From NCBI GenBank assembly GCA_040954595.2, contig CM082594.2, positions 1,320,247 to 1,384,246 of the forward strand: a stretch of DNA of 64,000 nucleotides. Reading direction: 5' to 3'. A model generated the notes under the pieces. The model did no database searches, was not told the origin of the DNA, and saw nothing but the letters and a program-made list of their open reading frames with translations. The stretch comes from Balanoglossus misakiensis (lineage: Eukaryota > Animalia > Hemichordata). Position 1 is the first letter of the stretch, and every line of letters starts with the position of its first letter. A program made the position numbers and the translations under genes. Below are positions 25,645-39,168 of this stretch, in pieces.

Positions 25645-26792
25645 CATGTATGTTGCCTGTAAGGCACACATCTCCAATTGGTACATTGGGCCTATCATAC
25701 TGTACATGTACAACTAGGAAAATGTACTTCATCATATTTCCATAGTCAGCAGCTTCAAGAACATGTTGCCTTCTCTATATGAATGTTTAGACTAAAAAGA
25801 AGTATAAGAAGAATAAAGTTGTCCAATTATTGTTGGCAGGGGGTGGGGATGTGTGCTCCCATACAAATGTATATGGGTATGTACTCTTTAAAGGTCACAT
25901 GTCATGCTTTGGAAAGTTTTCATTTTTCCACGTCAAAAGCTCACCTAGGGTACCTGTCTATGCATTGCCTATTGTGTCGGTTCTGAAAAATGTGCACGAA
26001 TGCCGGAATTTGCCATCTTTTTTCATGCCTGTGATCAGGGAGCCACTTCGCACTCGAGCCAGGCGAAGGTATTTGCATATGGACAAACAAGTACACTATG
26101 TCCTAGTGTACCATTCTGCTAACAGTAAAGTGTAATTAGCAGTCCATGAGTATTTAAGTCCACAGACAAAGACAAGCTATATAAACAGTGTTCAAAGCAA
26201 AGGAAGCCCTTGCCTCACATTACAGGCAGAGGATTTACGAAGGTGTGAAAGACTATTTGTCCACATCAAGATAAGTCTTCGACTGAGTTGGGTTAGGGGT
26301 ACACGCCCACCCGCCACTTTTACTTGCTTGTTATCTAAGCACAAGGGGCAAAACGCATTGCAAGATAGTAACATATGTTAACTTCAAGACCCAAATAGTG
26401 ATTTTACGCGTGGTTGTATAGGGCATGGCACGTGACCTTTAAGAAAAACCTTCATATGCAAGAGAAAAATGGTAAATGACAAAGAAAATTTGACTGGTAT
26501 TACAATAGGTCGGGTTTTTGGCATTTACACATATTTATGTTATCAACCGGGAAGCACACTACGTGCTGAAATAATTGGAGACCTCTCGCCTGGGGTGTCG
26601 GCCAGTGGCCACATACATTTCCAGTCCTAAACCTTGCATCAGTTCTGTGGTGCGGATTAAGAAATAAGATTGGCGCTACAATATGCCCACTTAGTTCTGC
26701 ATATATACATGTAAACACATTGAAAATGAGATATTACACATATAATCATGGGACAAGAAGGGCAAAAATTAAATTATCCAGCAGGTGTTCGA

Positions 26793-27445
26793 ATTATGCA
26801 AATTAGAACAGTTGTCTAATATTGCCATGTCAACCACGTTGAAATTGTTTTAGGTACCCATATTAATTAAAACCGTGAAAATGCGATATTACACACCATA
26901 TAAGACAAACCAGGGAAATTTACATGTTAGAGAAGTTTGTCGGCCATTTTGGATTATGCAAATTAGACAGTTGTCTAATATTGCCATGTCAAACACGCTG
27001 AAATTGTTTTAGTTACCAATATTGATGAAAACCCTGCAAATGCGATTTTAGGCACCATATAAGACAAAACAGGGAAATTTACATTTAAGAAGAGTTTGGT
27101 GGCCATTTTGGATTATGCAAATTAGAACAGCTGTCTAATATTGCCATGTCAACGACGTTGAAATTGTTTTAGGTACCCATATTGATGAAAACCCTGCAAA
27201 TGCGATATTACACACTATTAAAGACAACCATAGTAAATTTACATGTTAGAGAAGTTTGTCGGCCATTCTAGATTATGCAAATTAGAACAGCTGTCTAACA
27301 TTGCAATGTCAACCACGTTGAAATTGTTTTAGGTACCCATATTGATGAAAACCCTTCAAATGCGATACTACACGCTATTTAAGACGACCATAGGAAATTT
27401 ACATGTTAGAGGAGTTTGGCGGCCATTTTGGACTATGCAAATGAG
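26793..27445. repeat. Tandem repeat, ~160-bp unit x4, each containing the octamer ATGCAAAT
   Basis: ATTATGCAAATTAG recurs at about 26793, 26953, 27112 and 27272, with a degenerate copy at ~27432. Confidence 0.9.
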
Positions 27446-27854
27446 AAGAGTTGAACAAAAAATACCATATTTGCAATGCTGTTGTCTTGTTTTGGGTGCC
27501 TATGTTAAGGCTTGAAAATGAAAGCTTATTCACCATTTTGGCACAAACAGTGGCGAGAAGGTGTTCCAATGTAACTTAGAAGAGTTGCCATATTTGCAAT
27601 ACAGTTATATTGTTTAAGGTATGAATGCAAATCCTGAATATTAGATTTATAACAATTTCATTGGAAAGAACATTTGTAGGTTCATCATTGACCCCATAGG
27701 ACTGTCAACTCGACTACAGACAGTCTCGATGAACACAAGACATGATCCCAATTTGCAAGCTGAGTTGAAACTGACTGCTGCAGTAACTTTAGCTCTGGGA
27801 ATGTCTTGTGTGATTTAAAGCAATTGATGACCAAATTTAACACAGTTTCTCTGA

Positions 27855-28740
27855 GGTAACCACTTAGCTTTCGTGACTGGTTGTTTAAGAATCCAAAAAA
27901 CATGAATTCTACCCAATGAATTCAACCCTTAGAATTTCACAACTGTAACAGAGTTTGCAGTCATGCACAAAAGTGTGTATCATACACATAAGAAATTTCT
28001 CACATGTATTTTTATGATGGCAACGCATTTAACTGTAAACAAACACTGACATCAGTTAGTAGCGCTATTTTGTCAGTGAAATGGCTTCATCATCATCCCT
28101 CAAACCAAAGTTGAAACTGAGTTGCAAATATTGCACAGCTTGAAATCATAAAATGTTGCAAAATTGAACCAACAGTTCGGTCAATGATCAAGTTCTTACA
28201 GCTATTATTAGAACCAGACAATCTCAGCGAACAAGAGACATGGGCCTTATTTGCAAGTCGAGTTAGAACTGCCTTTGCCTGCCCACGGACGCCCCAGTTT
28301 CAGCAAAAATTATTGCATTAAAATGTGAGTATGGAGAACTATGCTCTGTGTTCCTTTTGTTAGCTTACATAGCTGTTGTCATTCTAGTTTTTCCTCTGTC
28401 CTGTGAACAGAGTTTCAGTTGCGAAAACCGACAGTTCTCAAAGTACAAAAGTACACCTAAATTGCCTCGGTGATGAGCATGCAGAATTTATCTGATGCTT
28501 TTTACTGGCAGAAGGACCCCACCAGTTGCAGATTGTCAATTCCATGGCACAAGGGAATTTACGCTTTGCGTTCAAATATAAATAATTAAAACCTGTTTAA
28601 TTTTTCTATATGTTCTTCAGTGATGATTCAAAAGTATTAAGACTGCTAGTGTGATTAATATTCTATTTTCAAAATGTGTTTCTCTTAATGATTATGAATA
28701 CATCAAAATTTATGCTTTAAAATTATATCATTTTACCTGA
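27855..28740 (+). repeat. Third, partial copy of the duplicated segment (direct to ~42595-43500, inverted to ~33210-34575)
   Basis: Shared blocks such as GTGAAATGGCTTCATCATCATCCCTC..GTTGCAAATATTGCACAGCTTGAAATCATAAAATGTTGCAAAATTGAACCAAC. Confidence 0.85.
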
Positions 28741-31700
28741 AATATTGCAAATATTTGGAGGGTTGCATTTAATTTGAAGTTCTCGATCAAAGTTTTAGGC
28801 ATAAAAAAGGTGCTACACCCCCGAAAAATTGGTAGCTATGATTCAATTCAAAGAGTGTTGAAATGTCTGTTTTGCAACAGGGTGCCAGTTCAACAAAGCG
28901 CATGAGGATAGTAAATCACCTTTGTGAATTTTGTGCACCACAGTAAGAATTCCCTAGAAACTGCAGACTAAATTGCAAAGCAATCAGACAAAAATGGCAG
29001 AAATTGCCAACACAAAAAAAACAATATTGTCACTTCCATCACTGGGTTTGTTAAATTGTCATAAAATCACACCTAAGAACATGCAAACCAAATTTTAAAA
29101 AAAATGTCGGTAGAGGTTTCTGAGTATATGACGACCAAAATCACCCCAAAAATATACTTCAAAAATGAAAAACAAAATCTGTATAAAGTCTCAATAACAT
29201 AAATACACACCAATTTCTAAAGCAATCTGACCAGTACCTTCTTGAGTTTCTGAGTTTAGAACAATTTCACATTGGTCCCAATGGTATATTGACATATACA
29301 AAATTGGACCTAAAGAGTAAAACACATTTCAAAGATTTTACAATTAAAGCCTCACAGGCTGCCAAATTTTACACATCTTTTACCACAATAACATTTTTCA
29401 AATCATCCACCTATCCTTTAAAATCAGCACCATTGAGCCATATTACTTGAATTTGCATGGGGTTTGTCATCTCTCTGCGATGTGTACCCTCCATATGGAG
29501 GCTGATTAAAACAGGTGTGGCGCTCGTTTAATATCTGACTTCTTTAAATTGCAACATACAGGCACATTCATTAGTCAATAAAATGTTCATGTATACCTAT
29601 CAGTCAGTTTGTTTAGATGAACAAATCTAAGATGGAAAGTAATATCATGAAAATACTGTAAGATTGGAAACTCTGAGTTTGAGTCTAAGGATAACAAGGG
29701 AACCTCTCTACTGTTTGAAGCACCAAAGCTATGAAAAACTTCCTTCTTTCCCTCAAATATTTTTTATGAATATGTTCTACTCCGTGATTAAAATTTCCCT
29801 TTTACCAAATGTACATATGTAAGAGACAAGATTTTTTCAGCAAAATTTCAAATGGCCTAGGGTGACTTTTTACCTACTTACCCATATTGGGTAGCATGAA
29901 ACACAGAATGGCATACCAGTGGGTTAGAGATACAGCGTTTTATATTAACATGAATTAACATGAAACTAAAAATTTGATGGTTTACTTAGGACTGCCTTGA
30001 TCCATGGTAACCTCATTAAATATGTACATATCTAATTCTAGGCTATCCAGTTGCGGTTGAAACCTGGACATGGACAACTTTGGGGTCAAAATCTTTTGAC
30101 AAAATGTTTGGTGATCTTGGGTAAACTTTGACCTACATTCCTATATCTTGGCATCCGGCACAGATACATTCTTGAAACTTGGAGTGATGATACTGCATAA
30201 TGGAGTATTATGTCTCAGCTAGTCACAGTGCTTTTGCTGTGTTTTATGTCTTTTATTCAGCCAAATTAGATGTTTTTCATTACACATTGGCTGTGTTTGC
30301 CAGTACTTTTTAGCTGGTCACACTGCCTTAACACAATGTATTCTCAAAATACTCTGCAATCTTTATGAAGCATATACAGCAGACAAAGTTGTGGTAAGAC
30401 TGAACTTGCCCTTCTTTGTGATTAAAGCATGACCGGCCTGTCTTAGGTGGCCCCTACCTAGGGGCTTTACCCGTCATTGGCTCACAGTCTGAGAAATCAG
30501 CTCTGCAGGGAAGTTAACGATGTAACCCACCATTAAAGCTTGGATTTCCGCTTTTTGTATTTGATGCCTGGCTGAGGCCTTCTTAGGATCTACCCAACGC
30601 TGAGTAGGCTATCCCGTCATTGGCACACAGTCTCAGGGAGGGAGTCAAAAGTTCAGTATACCATCAAAGCCTTTATATTGTCCATTCTTTTTAAGAGAAG
30701 GCTGGCTGCTGTAGAAAAATGTTGATCTCAAATTTATCATGTCCAAAAAGCCAGACTTCCAGCCCTATTGGTTAGGCTGGCATTAGGTAAGTACATAATT
30801 AATGAGGCAAGACATAATACTCAATCAAATAGTTCCATCACTCCAAGTGTCAAGGTTGTATCTGCTCCGGATGCTAAAATATAGGAATGTAGGTCAAAGT
30901 TTACCCAAGATCACACAAATGTTTGTCAAAAGATTTTGACCCCGAAGTTGTCCATGTCCAGGTTTCTACTTCAGCTGAATAGCCTAGAATTAGATATGCA
31001 CATATTTAACGAGGTTACCATTGCTCAGGGGGGTCTTAAATTAACCATCAAATTTTAGTTTCATATTAATGCATATTAATATAAAACACTGCATCTCTAA
31101 CCCTACAGGTAAGCCTAGAATTAGGTACATGTACATGCGTAAGTTTTTGACAAGACAGTTAAGCTGTAATATATATACATGAACCTTGACAATTGACTTA
31201 AAATAACATAAAGGCAGAACTGATACTGATTGGAGATAGATATTACTAATGACAGTGATGTTAATTACACCAGGAATGTTTGTCTTAGTATACGGTAGCT
31301 AACCGACTGCTTGAGGTTAAGTAATGAAAGTGCCCACTTGCGATTCACCTTCAAATAGCTACTTAGTCTTTGGTACATGTACATTGTTTTTCCAATGATT
31401 AGACAAAGGATATACATACGTGTAATTAAGGTTGGGTAGCATTTTCAATGTAATAAGCCCTGCCTTCACTATAATCTTACACCAAATCAACACTGTTCAG
31501 TAATGTGATAGGCTTCAAAGCGACGCTAGTTACATCATAATTCCCAGCAAGGGGTATTAGTTTATTGGGCAAGTGGCATGAGTGAGGCCGGACATTAGTT
31601 TTGGAAGCAAAGCGGACAGAACACTGCCGGGCATAGACTAGGTAGTTCTGAATGTGACCATGGACGTTACCACATTAGACTCTGTATTGTAAGTTTCTGA

Positions 31701-31964
31701 AGAATCGCAAAAAATCATCAACAGTCTACATGTACTTCAACCTTGTGAGAAGTACTGTATAACACACAGGATATACTAGTCACTGTTGGTCAGGTTATTA
31801 CACACTGTGGTCCCATCTGGGGATTACACAAAATTAGGTATGTCTGTGTTCATGGGAAAAATCATGTGACATTGGCAAGCAGATATGACCTACTGTAAGA
31901 ACATTTCAAAGGAACCAGACAAGTATTTTAGGGAAAACAACATTCAACAATGACAAAAACTGCC

Positions 31965-32720
31965 TCAAACCACATCTATCCAACGATCAACAAATTGTAT
32001 AACATCTACTTCAATCACCACGCCTACCAAAGTTGTAAGCAATCTGACTAGTAGTTTCAAAGAATACAAATTGCAAAAATTGCCCCAAGACCACAATATG
32101 TAAATTTCACCAAAATGATATACAACATTACTTGGGTTACCTCTTGGAACAAGCATACCAAAATTTAAAAGCAATCTAGGAGTTTCTCAGAAAATGAATT
32201 TTGACCAAAAATGACAGATTACAAATTCTGCGACAATTTAAACAAAACCAACTAAGATCACCTACCGGAAGTGTCATACTAAATTCTAAAGAAATCAGCC
32301 AATCTCTTTAAGAGGAAAAGATTTTTTTTCAAATGGTAAAACAAGACAAAATAATTGCATAAAAAATAGACAATTCACGATATAAACTCAAAGTATATCA
32401 GGTATGATGACATTACCTACATGCATACAAATGTTCAAAGCAGTCTAACCAGTTGAGTTTTGATCAATTCCACATATTTCACAGGTTATTTGCGTATTTT
32501 TGCAATGACAACTTCATTTAAGCAAAATCCCATCTACACACCAAATATCAAGGTGATACGCGAAGTGGTTTCATGTTTTGGATCAGGGCAGACATACATC
32601 CATATATACATGTAACATGCATACACACATGTACACACACACACAAACACATGCATACATGCATACATACATACATACATACATACATACATACATACAT
32701 ACATACATACATACAGAGGG
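31965..32720. mobile_element. Degenerate HINE-like repeat with (TACA)n microsatellite (inverted homolog ~43570-44350, related piece ~28900-29340)
   Basis: Repeated AAAGCAATCTGAC core units ending in (TACA)n at 32650-32714. Confidence 0.5.
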
Positions 32721-32765
32721 AAACGGTCTGGTAATCAATGTTGTGACACTAGCATTAGGCCTTAA

Positions 32766-33205
32766 ACCCCGGTGCGGAAAGTACTGGGGTTCGGATTAAC
32801 GTGTGTTTGTACAGTTGTTTATTTGGGAGTGGTCGTCGTGCATAATAACTGTGTAATTGATCTCATGTACATAGAAAATAATTGAACACTTTACACCTCT
32901 ATGCGATTGACAGCTGTTTGAATGGCGTGGTTATTGTTTCCCAGGGATGCTTCTGAAAAGCACTGAAACCAGATTTCTCCCAAAATCATCGTTGTTTCAA
33001 AAGCTCGTGTACTTTTTCATCAATAACTTTATGTTGTGTGTGTTTATAAAGCCAACCACTGTCGTTGTGTGGTGTAATTCTTTATGCTTGGATCTGTTTG
33101 GGCCGATTTTCATAGAGCCAAGGTCGTTGGTGTTGTCTGTTGTCAGTCAAACGGCATTAAGATTCGCCACTGATTTGGGGGGTCTTTTATACCACGCATC
33201 GGGGT
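32766..33205. mobile_element. TTAA-targeting MITE (piggyBac or Kolobok type)
   Basis: TTAA-ACCCCGGTGCG ... CGCATCGGGGT-TTAA. It is absent from the paralogous arm, which has a single TTAA at ~43527. Confidence 0.75.
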
Positions 33206-33261
33206 TTAATAATGTTTACGATATCAGGACAATTTATATCATATGAAGTTTTATGTATTCA

Positions 33262-33728
33262 TAATTATTATACATCTAGTGCCGAGAACAATAGATTTTG
33301 GCGTGCAATAAAAAGCCGTACGGAACGGTACGTACGGAACGCGCGTTAAATAAGTTTTAGGTTTCAAGGCGCCCCCAACTCACCGTGTACAGGTATGCGT
33401 TGTTATGGTTGTGGACGGTTTCAAGACACCCCCACTCCAACGCACGTGCACGCACGTAAACAAAAAACAAAGATGGCTGCTCACTGAGTCAACTGAGCGG
33501 TTTTCGATCGATTGTATCGGCATTTTTGGCGTTTTGAAAGCCAAGTAACATGCAACACAAGAACTAACGGAGATGTAAGATGTATAATAATAAGGTTATT
33601 ACAAAAATACCGCAAAGTATGCACTCGGACATTAGCGCAGCGCATCGCCCTCCGCTACGCGTCGGGCGATACTTGGCGCTAATGTCCTCGCGCATACTTT
33701 GCGGTATTTTCGTAATAACCTCATATTA
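33262..33728 (+). mobile_element. Non-autonomous Crypton-like element
   Basis: Same layout as the element at 54-2493: TTATTATACATCT / AGATGTATAATAA inverted motif, then a 129-bp palindrome (33593-33721) with apex CGCTACGCGTCG. Empty site present in the paralogous arm at ~43465-43480. Confidence 0.7.
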
Positions 33729-35089
33729 TTCAGAGAAGAAAATTTTTAAAAATGTGAAATTGTTATCAATCGGATGTGCACTGACAGCATGCTTATATGG
33801 AATACAGGTACTCTAACACAATCAGTCATAACACTTTTGAATCATCAATAAATAACATATAGAATAATTTTACAGGATTTAATTATTTATATTTGAACGC
33901 AAAGCGTAAATTCCCTTGTGCCATGGAATTCACAATCTGCAACTGGTGGGGTCCTTCTGCCAGTAAGAAGCATCAGATAAATTCTGCATGCTCATCACCA
34001 AGGCAATTTAGGTGTACTTTTGTACATTGAGAACTGTCGGTTTTCGCAACTGAAACTCTGCTCACAGGACGGAGGAAAAACTAGAATGACAACAGCTATG
34101 TAAGCTAACAAAAGAAACACAGAGCATAGTTCTCCATACTCATATTTTAATGCAATAATTTTTGCTGAAATTGGGGCGTCCGTGGGCAGGCAAAGGCAGT
34201 TCTAACTCAACTTGCAAATCAGGCCCATGTCTCTTGTTCCCTGAGACTGTCTGGTTCTAATAATAGCTGTAAGAACATAATCGTTGACCAAACGGTTGGT
34301 TCAATTTTGCAACATTTTATGATTTCAAGCTGTGCAATATTTGCATGAAGCCATTTCACTGACAAAATAGCACTACTAACTGACATCCATATTTGTTTAC
34401 AGTCAAATGCATTGCCATCAGAAAAATGCATACGAAAAAATTCTTATGTGAATAATACACACTTTCTTGCACAACTGCAAACTCTGTCACATTTGTGAAA
34501 TTTTAAGGAAATTCATTCATTGGGTAGCTTTATGAATTCTTAAACAAACTTAGTCATGAAACCTAAATGGTTACCTTACACATCTGGCGGCTCGACTTCT
34601 GTGATATGATAGTCTTCAATTAATGTGTATGTGATTCCATACAAATCCATATGATTACCTGAACGTACAAAATAAATTAAAAATTAAAAATAAATTAAAA
34701 ATAAATAAGTATCTCATACATATGCATAAGTGCTTGTGATAAATATATCCTGTATTTAAATAAACCTGTCATTTATTGACCTCGTTTTCCTATTAACCCA
34801 AAGGACTAGATTACACTGTAATATTATTACAGCTTCATTTCAATGCAACAGGTACACTACATCATATTGGAGCAAATATGCCAGCTCAACATTGATATAA
34901 AGAGTGTCAAAATATTGGTGGCTACAAAAGCTTGTGTCCCTTCAATCCATCCTCGCACTCAGGTGAAAACGAACGTCATTAGTTTTTGGGAAAAAACCTC
35001 TGAAATCAATTTCGGTGAGGCCAAATGTGTTCCAAAGGCAAACCGTTTCTGGTAAACAAATCAATGGCAAATAATTACTTCGGCGACAT

Positions 35090-35283
35090 ACCAATCAGTC
35101 AACATGGCTGCCTAATCGTTGGATAGCCCGGTTTCATCTCGCGATCATTCTATCTTCCGATATGGCGTTGCATGGTTAAATTCGTCTCTTCTTTGCCGAC
35201 ATAGTCGGGCGACAGCGGTCCAGAAGCATAGGCAGCGACGCCATTTTGTTTACAATGTGAAGTATCGACTGCGCATGCTCAAT
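35090..35283 (-). promoter_or_regulatory. CpG-rich, housekeeping-type promoter and first-exon region (duplicated at 41673-41865)
   Basis: NRF1-like TGCGCATGC, YY1-like GCCATTTT (AAAATGGCG) and a TCTCGCGA core sit at the inner edge of each arm. Confidence 0.45.
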
Positions 35284-36349
35284 AATTTTCCGCGTTTTTT
35301 TTTGCCAACGGCGCGCGCGCGGTGTCTGGTATAGAGAAAATAACATGCAAGTGCGCGATTATTCATTTGTAAAAAATCAGTTATACATTTGTCATCAACG
35401 TTTGAAAACTTTCAATGATCTTACCTCGGTAAGCATTTCAAATAGGTACATTTTTATTTAGAACCATCGTATGTGGAAAATAATAAAACACAGAGTGGGT
35501 ATTGGCCCTATGTTTGACTTGATCATACCCAGCTCGGTTTGCGTTTTGTCATTGACGAGGGTGTCAGACTTTTGCTGAGAGAGTGAGTTTCTATAGCGTA
35601 AACGTTTATCGACTGGACTTTCTGTGCGCCAACAATTACATTATTTGTGGCCGGGGAACACGTGCAACTTTTGATGACTGTTTTTCTAGCGCCGTGTTTT
35701 TATCTTACGACCTAGAATACCTGCTTGCGTCACTATGGTCTGCTCTGCACGTACTATGCTTTCCAGTTTATGTAGCTTGAAGTTGTACCACATTTTGGTT
35801 TCCGAGCTGTAGCGAACATAAAACCGAAACTAATAGCTACGTGTTTACCGCAGCGACTGCGTTTTTTTTTGTTGAGCTCGCTAAATTCCAAGTATTCCCA
35901 ACCTACAGTTTATTCTCATGCAGCTCAGACTGAGGTCGCTTCTAAGAGAAAAAACAACAACATATTTTGGCTGCTGCCAGACCAGGAATGGAAAATCTTG
36001 AGTGGCGCTGGGCTGCATTTCTCTGTAGGACTGTAGTTGTATTGTGCAAGGGTTCGCCAGCATCGCCTTCAGACTTGTTGTCATAGTCACTGATGGCGGT
36101 TTGTCCTGCACTACTCGTCGTTCTATTTGATGTGGTGGTATTATTCCCAGATGTCTGTGCCGAGGATCCTGCCCGTTTTCCGATTCTCTTCGTTTTGTCG
36201 GCCATTTGCTTCACTTTTTCTGTCATTGTTGCGACGTCAGTCTCTGTTGTTGTTCGAAGGAGGCGAAAGTCCATTCACCATTAATAGCCGAATTTCCAAG
36301 ATCGTCCGTTAATTACAATGCGACGTCACGCTATCATGTCCTAAGAAAG

Positions 36350-36570
36350 ACTACAGGGCACATTTTTTTTATCTCGTGCGCACGACTTACGTGTGCATGT
36401 GATATTTTCTCGAAAACACGAGTGCGCTCGCAATTTTCTCGTGCGCACGAGATATGCACGATATAGCATGTTTCTCGTGCACACGAGAAAACATCTCGCT
36501 GGAACAAGATGCTATCTCTTGCACAAGAAATAGAATAACTGGAAGCCACTATGATGTCTGCCACAGGCAA
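36350..36570. mobile_element. Degenerate MITE with TCTCGTGCGCACGAGA palindromic subrepeats
   Basis: Several ATCTCGTGCGCACGAGAT-like units. Termini are eroded. Confidence 0.5.
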
Positions 36571-39020
36571 ATTTAAATATTCCACTCTGGATCTTCTTTC
36601 AGCCCTTCGGAAAACATGAGCATTTATGAAATCCGGCTCTCAATTTTTCGAGAAGTTCCAGCAGTTGTGGTGTCGCCAAAAACGAATGTATGCCATTCCT
36701 GGCGGAAAAAAATATGCAAGAGACGCTTGCAATACACTGCCATCTACCTGACCGCCCTACATGCCTTAATGTACGGTAGAAGGTCGGGCGGTAGGAAGAG
36801 TTCACCAAAAGAGGGCGCATTTTATAATCCATTGATTTATACTGTGTACGAGCAGAGAAGCCTCAGTGTTCGCGGTTAGAACCGTATCGGTAAGACAAAG
36901 ACAGAAGAGTTGACAGACAACAAACTTATTCAGTTTATATCATATAATTCTTACTGTAAAACGTTCCCTGAATAAAGCATTGTGCTCATAAGAACATTGA
37001 AGATTGTCGCATACAGACCGACACCCTTTTATCTATTGTAGGTATTGAATGGAACGCTAAATACCTGTGTATTTCTTATTCATTAAGCAATGATGTAACA
37101 CAACAAGTTTCGGACAGTGTGAAGAAAGGGCCAAAGCACTCTTGCAAGTTAGTGTGGTGTACTCTTTTCCAACACTGCTGCAAGCTGTTCAGCACCTGAT
37201 GCTGCTTGTATCTCCGATGACAAATGGACAGTCTGTGTGCTGTCAAAGTAAATCCATCAATTTTGCGGAGCTGAAAGGAAAATGACAGCTTGTCAAACTC
37301 AAATCTGCCAGACGAAATAGGGAAAGAAATGCATAACAGGTAATCCACCATACTATGAATTTTAGCCAGCATCCTATGAAATGCGGTGAAACGGAACTGC
37401 AATTAATTTTAAATGAATTCTGCTCAAATTGTTTTCTTAGTTCTCAACATTGGATTGGAACCGTTAAATATAATGTACCGTATAACATTATCATACAGTT
37501 AGTATGTCAAATATTTTTCCATTTGGCATTTTCTTCTTTAGGTCATTTCAACAGTATGCACACCACAGTTTGTGAGATATGGACAGAAACAAACTGGAAT
37601 CTATGCAATGTTATAATAGTATATTATTGTTAACAAGAAAGCGGCAACTCTCTGCCTGGCAGAGAATAATGATAGTCTTTTTGAAAAAAATGGCGTGCTG
37701 AGGATATGGTCAGTCAAAAACATACATGTATAAGGTATGCCTGAACTAATTTTTAACATGGTGTACATAAATATTTATGCATTGTCACAATGACTGGAGG
37801 TCTTTAAATGACCAAGCTGTATGGACACCTCATTCAATGTTACATATATTTGTTATTACATGTTTTATTGAAATTGCCAGTTGTCTGTTTTAATTCTGGC
37901 AGTTCTGCTGTGTCTTTTGTCTTGCCCTGACAGAATGCAGTAATATTTGCAGTACAAGAGGAGTGTCAGTAAATAGTGGAGCAATATCTTTCTACGAATG
38001 TACTCATGCATTGCTCCGAAGTGAAGTACATTCGCAAAACCAGTTTGGGAAATCGGGACTCTTTTCAAGATAATACCACATTTTTGTGGATGTCACATGA
38101 CATGGAAACACTCTAGAATCACGATTGAGATAAGGTTTCGGTTTGATATACCACTTCCTTGTTATTTCAATCTGTATGTTTTCTTAACCCCCTCCCTCGA
38201 AAAAAGGTAATTGAGGTAATTGTAAAATTACTTGAAAACAAACAGGCTACTCTAGCCTCCATTTTATGAGGTTTGTGATGTAACATATTTTGAATTTCGT
38301 GAATCGATCAAAAGTTTCCGTGCACCAACTATCAAAACTACACCAAAAAATAATTTGGGCAATTCATAAGGAGAATCTAGTGGGTCAGCGGCTATAGAAC
38401 TGACGTAAGTGTAAGTATCAGAGGATTGTGGGTACGAGGCTGAGAAGAGCAAAACTCGAACACTCATGAAATCTACACGTGACGCCAAATTCTTTGTAAT
38501 ATGAACAGTGGAAAACTGCCATGCCATCCCTCTAAGTGCAAACTTCCAAAGATTTCAATCTGGTGATATTTAAAAAAAATATTTTATTCAAATTCATGTG
38601 GTGATATTTTAAAAAAAATATTTTATTCAAATTCATGTTATAAATTAAACTTGCATCTATGATATAGAAATGACTCTGTCTTATATAACAAAAATACAAA
38701 TAACTTGGTTAGATGACCAAAGATTTCCCATCTCGAAAAGTTTCTACCAAAATGACTAACTCCAAATCTGCTAAGAGAGCCCTAGCAAATTTAATCACTG
38801 CACATTACTCTCGATAAAACGAAATATTGCGCATTCATTTTGTCCTTGAATTGAAATGCATGGCCAGTGTTCATAGACTTCACACACACAGGATGTTTAA
38901 GGAGTTGAATTGTTATTGACAGCGACCAGGTCGGTAGATTCTATAGGATGAAGAAAAAATGAAAAGACAGTCAGTACATAGCTAAATTCTCCTATACAAG
39001 GGCGTCTTCAATTGGTACAG

Positions 39021-39168
39021 TGACTGACTGACTGTCTGACTGACTGACTGACTGACTGACTGACTGACTGAATGAATGAATGAATGAATGAATGAATGAA
39101 TGAATGAATGAATGAATGAATGAATGAATGAATGAATGAATGAATGAATGAATGAATGAATGAATGAT
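39021..39168. repeat. Compound microsatellite (TGAC)n(TGAA)n
   Basis: Seen directly in the sequence. Confidence 0.97.

Larger units (their letters stand above)
30245..35260 (-). other. Putative three-exon transcription unit, copy 1 (micropeptide gene or spliced lncRNA)
   Basis: Exon 1 ends at 35092 (donor GTATGT). Exon 2 is 34658-34580 after a T-rich tract and TTCAG. The terminal exon starts at 30708 (TTTTCTACAG) and has AATAAA near 30255. Exons are far better conserved with copy 2 than the introns are. Confidence 0.55.

Noticed and set aside
30430-30640. H/ACA snoRNA hairpins or hammerhead/HDV/twister ribozymes in the conserved block
   Set aside because: The ACA-ending hairpins lie antisense to the inferred transcript and lack a clear H box. 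No complete ribozyme core could be fitted. Kept only as an unassigned structured element.
35942-36274. 110-aa minus-strand ORF
   Set aside because: Low complexity with no recognisable domain or splice partner.
37076-37330. Possible leucine-rich-repeat exon (GAEQLAAVLEK) on the minus strand
   Set aside because: The match is short and flanked by stops, so it cannot be supported without a profile search.
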